Source of the DNA: a virus
Length of the DNA stretch: 64,000 nt
Reading direction: 5' to 3' (one strand)
IMG/VR virus record: IMGVR_UViG_3300048839_000489
Location: 1-64,000 of that record
This document shows positions 61,238 through 64,000 of this stretch, in pieces. Below the pieces are notes generated by a model. It had not been told where the DNA came from, did not search any database, and saw only the letters and a list, made by a program, of their open reading frames with translations. Both the position numbers and the translations under genes were made by a program. Numbering within the stretch: the stretch's first letter is position 1; each line of letters starts with the position of its first letter.

Positions 61238-62769
61238 GATGGGCTAAAAAGGCGCTTCCGATCTCTTGAAACGTTTAGCCCGTTTGTGATATGATATGCA
61301 CCTACCGCACATAGAAGAGCCGAAGTAAAGTGGTCTTCACCTCTCTTACCTCCTTTATCAGTAAGTGTTTTATATGATATGTCCCCAGCTGTGCTTTTGC
61401 TGTAGGTCATTCTTTCTAGCTCCGCTACCATATCGAGATCAGTGGTAGAGTAAACTAGTTTTCCGTTATTTGAAAAGTCCTGGAGAATTGACACTGTAAG
61501 TGGTTTGGTCTTAGTCTTAATCTCACTACCGTCACTGTTTGTGCCGATAACTGTCCAGGAGGAAAAGTCTATTTGGATGATTCTTTTATCGTAACGTTTA
61601 CTTGAATACTGTTTGTCTTGAACCATATGCTGTCTAACAGACTTACCAGCATTACCTTCGTCCATACCTATTATTGAAGGCTCAAACTTACTATCTAGGA
61701 GATCAATGACTTTTTCCTGTAATGGATATGAAACCTTGGATAGCTTGATTCTTCCATGAAACTTTATTCTATCCTTAGAGTCAATGTAGTGAATTGTTAT
61801 AGCCGTAGGCTCTGTGTACCCCAAGTCTATTCCCATGATAACCCCGTAGTTATTTTCCTTTATGTGCGGGAATGAAGAAATTTTGCTGTAAAGCTCATCT
61901 TCTTCATGCTTTAGACCGTCTATCTCCAATTTGTAAACAGGATAACTTTCTATGGTCATCATGTTTCTATCAAACAAAGAGAATACGGGTTTTCCATGCT
62001 GACCTAAAACGTAGTGGATAAAATCATCTGTTTCCTTACCGCCATACTGCTGAATAGCTCTTTCAATGTCAGCCTCTGTAACTCTAGGGTTATCATAAGA
62101 TGAAACCCTGTGCTTAGTATAGTTAGGATTCTCTTGATCCGCCATATACAAAACGTTATTCTCTCTCAATCCCGTTGGAACCCCAGTTACAAGCATTCTA
62201 TGTCCAGGAGTCCAAACGTTCTCCGATGGTTGCATTTCTTGGAAAGCAGTCATAGGAAAGTATCCACATTCATCCGCAGCTATGAATGGAGTGTGAAGAC
62301 CGATAAGATTAGCTCCGGTTCCTGATTGTCCGGCTATACGACACATTAGTGTAGTATTGTTTAGTGTGGTTATCTTATAGTCTGAGCTGTTAATACCAGA
62401 TGATTTCTCTATGAAGTTCTTTAGAAAAGAGTTCGATCTGAACATTCTAACTAGTTCTGTAAACACCGGTTCAAGATGAACTTTGCTAGGAACTGTGTAA
62501 AGAACATAGTCTCCAGGAAACACATTGAACACTAGAATCCATATTAAAATAGAAGCCAAGCTCACGGTCTTACCTGTAGCCCTTGCTGTGCAGATTGATA
62601 CTTTAGGATTGAAGTCACACAGGATTTCTTTCTGATAGTCTGTAAATTCAAACTCATCGTAAAGGTCTGGGTCAATGTCTGCGTTGCGTATGAATTCTGG
62701 GGCTAAAACTGGATGTCTTAGTACCTCATAAAGAATTAAATCTTCTTGGCTTATTTTTTCTACAATCAT
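61225..62769 (-). CDS. terL: terminase large subunit
   Basis: Walker A (CTARATGKT), Walker B (FIAADECGYF), a C-terminal nuclease-like half, and position upstream of the portal gene. Confidence 0.85.
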   Translation of the reverse strand: MIVEKISQEDLILYEVLRHPVLAPEFIRNADIDPDLYDEFEFTDYQKEILCDFNPKVSICTARATGKTVSLASILIWILVFNVFPGDYVLYTVPSKVHLEPVFTELVRMFRSNSFLKNFIEKSSGINSSDYKITTLNNTTLMCRIAGQSGTGANLIGLHTPFIAADECGYFPMTAFQEMQPSENVWTPGHRMLVTGVPTGLRENNVLYMADQENPNYTKHRVSSYDNPRVTEADIERAIQQYGGKETDDFIHYVLGQHGKPVFSLFDRNMMTIESYPVYKLEIDGLKHEEDELYSKISSFPHIKENNYGVIMGIDLGYTEPTAITIHYIDSKDRIKFHGRIKLSKVSYPLQEKVIDLLDSKFEPSIIGMDEGNAGKSVRQHMVQDKQYSSKRYDKRIIQIDFSSWTVIGTNSDGSEIKTKTKPLTVSILQDFSNNGKLVYSTTDLDMVAELERMTYSKSTAGDISYKTLTDKGGKRGEDHFTSALLCAVGAYHITNGLNVSRDRKRLFSPSWIH

Positions 62770-63614
62770 TTATCTATTTCCGAAAATATTCTACTAATAA
62801 TTTTTTCCCAACTAAACTCGTGTCTAATGTAATCTACGGTTTCGTTGCTAAGAGTTTTATAAGGTGAATTTAGTATTTCTACTAACTGCGAAACCACATC
62901 TCCATCTAGGTCAATCACCTTAGCGAAGTCAGAATAAAAATCGTAGGAAGGCAGATTTGGTACTATTGGAACAGAGCCTGTCATTGCGGATTCTATACAA
63001 TGCATCTCAAATCCCTCTATCTCCCTAAGTCCAGCTACGTATTTAGCCCTTGATAGAAATGAACCATAGAGATTTTCATCTATGTAATTCACATATTTAT
63101 ACCAGTTAGGGCTGTATCTAAAGTTCTCTCCGGTATGATTTAGTACCTTACCAGCTTGCTTACAGGCTTCATAAATCTTGTCTATTGACTCTGTTTTAGC
63201 GACGTGACCTGTTGTGAAGATATCAATGTTCTTATTTATTTCAGGTACTTTTGCGTACACAAGTGGGTCTGCTCCCAAAGGAATTCTAAGAAAATTTGTT
63301 CCTTCTAGCAGATAGCTGCCTAGGTTGTTCCAGGAAACCAGTAGAGCTGAATCTTTCCATAGCGGTTTCCATAGATTCTCTTCTACACCTGAAGTTAGAA
63401 AACAGTGTTGATATATAATGGTTTTGTTTAAATCCATAGTCAAAAGCTTTTCATACTCTTGACCGCCTACCACATGCACTATAGAATAGTCCGCACTTTC
63501 TATGCTGTCAACCCACTCTACACCATCTGGGGAATGTGTTCTTAAGGCTGAGCTTATTTTTTTAAATGCTTTACCAAAATCTGGATTACTTACTTCAAAT
63601 AACTTCATTGCCAA
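62766..63614 (-). CDS. GT-B-like glycosyltransferase
   Basis: EGFEMHCIESAMTGSVPIV E-x7-E-like block; overlaps TerL and the upstream GT gene. Confidence 0.6.
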   Translation of the reverse strand: MAMKLFEVSNPDFGKAFKKISSALRTHSPDGVEWVDSIESADYSIVHVVGGQEYEKLLTMDLNKTIIYQHCFLTSGVEENLWKPLWKDSALLVSWNNLGSYLLEGTNFLRIPLGADPLVYAKVPEINKNIDIFTTGHVAKTESIDKIYEACKQAGKVLNHTGENFRYSPNWYKYVNYIDENLYGSFLSRAKYVAGLREIEGFEMHCIESAMTGSVPIVPNLPSYDFYSDFAKVIDLDGDVVSQLVEILNSPYKTLSNETVDYIRHEFSWEKIISRIFSEIDK

Positions 63615-64000
63615 TTATTCCTTCCAACTAGAATGGTGTCGAACTTATGTCTCCACTTGTTATACATATACTCATACTTACTAGAATACGTACCGTCATC
63701 ACCACTTCCAGAACCTTCGTGATGTACTCCGACATAGCCGGAGGTCTTTACGCCGAATCCTGCATCCTTAGCCCTTAAAGCATACTCCGATTCTTCATGC
63801 CAGAATCTTCCAAAGAATGGGTCTAAAGTACCTATCTTGTTTACAACGTCACGACTAAACATAAAGCAGTAACCCTGTCCCACATCACAGTATGAACCCC
63901 TTGTTTTAGCTTCAAAGAAAATACCTTTTCTTCTAGGGTCTATATAGTAACCAGTTTGAGCTACAACACCAACGCCTTCTGTAAAGTTCTTCTTCATTCT
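63605..64000 (-). CDS. GT2-family glycosyltransferase (partial; N-terminus beyond the window)
   Basis: FMFSRDVVNKIG ... WHEESEYALRAKDAGFGV resembles the C-terminal half of GT-A family 2 enzymes. The ORF is still open at 64000. Confidence 0.6.
   Translation of the reverse strand, partial: RMKKNFTEGVGVVAQTGYYIDPRRKGIFFEAKTRGSYCDVGQGYCFMFSRDVVNKIGTLDPFFGRFWHEESEYALRAKDAGFGVKTSGYVGVHHEGSGSGDDGTYSSKYEYMYNKWRHKFDTILVGRNNWQ

Overview
This window is a contiguous 64-kb piece of a tailed dsDNA bacteriophage genome, with no cellular core genes. All functional calls come from motif recognition and hand folding; no database search or program was run.

Layout, left to right:
(i) 1-5.2 kb is a minus-strand tRNA arm. 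It holds 12 well-folding tRNA genes (Cys, Ser x2, Arg, Gln x2, Asn, His, Glu x2, Thr) and several degenerate tRNA pieces. These are interleaved with tiny ORFs and three HNH homing-endonuclease genes.
(ii) 5.53-5.63 kb carries two consensus sigma70-type promoters arranged face-to-face.
(iii) 5.7-11.7 kb is a plus-strand DNA and nucleotide-metabolism operon. It encodes two DNA methyltransferases, a Zn-ribbon protein, a Toprim primase, a dNMP nucleotidase, MazG and a class II ribonucleotide reductase, and it ends at a bidirectional terminator.
(iv) 11.7-33.6 kb is a 22-kb minus-strand block of mostly orphan genes that looks more GC-rich than its flanks. Its core (17.0-27.9 kb) encodes three divergent glutamine-synthetase-like amidoligases, an ATP-grasp ligase, an Ntn/class II amidotransferase, a C26 gamma-glutamyl hydrolase and a RuvB-like AAA+ ATPase. 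This is the best candidate in the window for an uncharacterised biochemical system.
(v) 33.6-35.5 kb is a repeat-rich divergent control region followed by three promoter-ORF-terminator units, one of which encodes a CPBP/Abi-like membrane protein.
(vi) 35.8-64 kb holds the minus-strand lysis, tail, head and packaging modules: holin-like proteins, GH25 muramidase, a stand-alone SH3b protein, a SASA-type esterase, tail fibre, lambda-like tail-tip proteins, tape measure, a G/GT chaperone pair with an A7 slippery site, major tail, capsid, protease/scaffold, portal and TerL. Three glycosyltransferase genes are embedded in this region.
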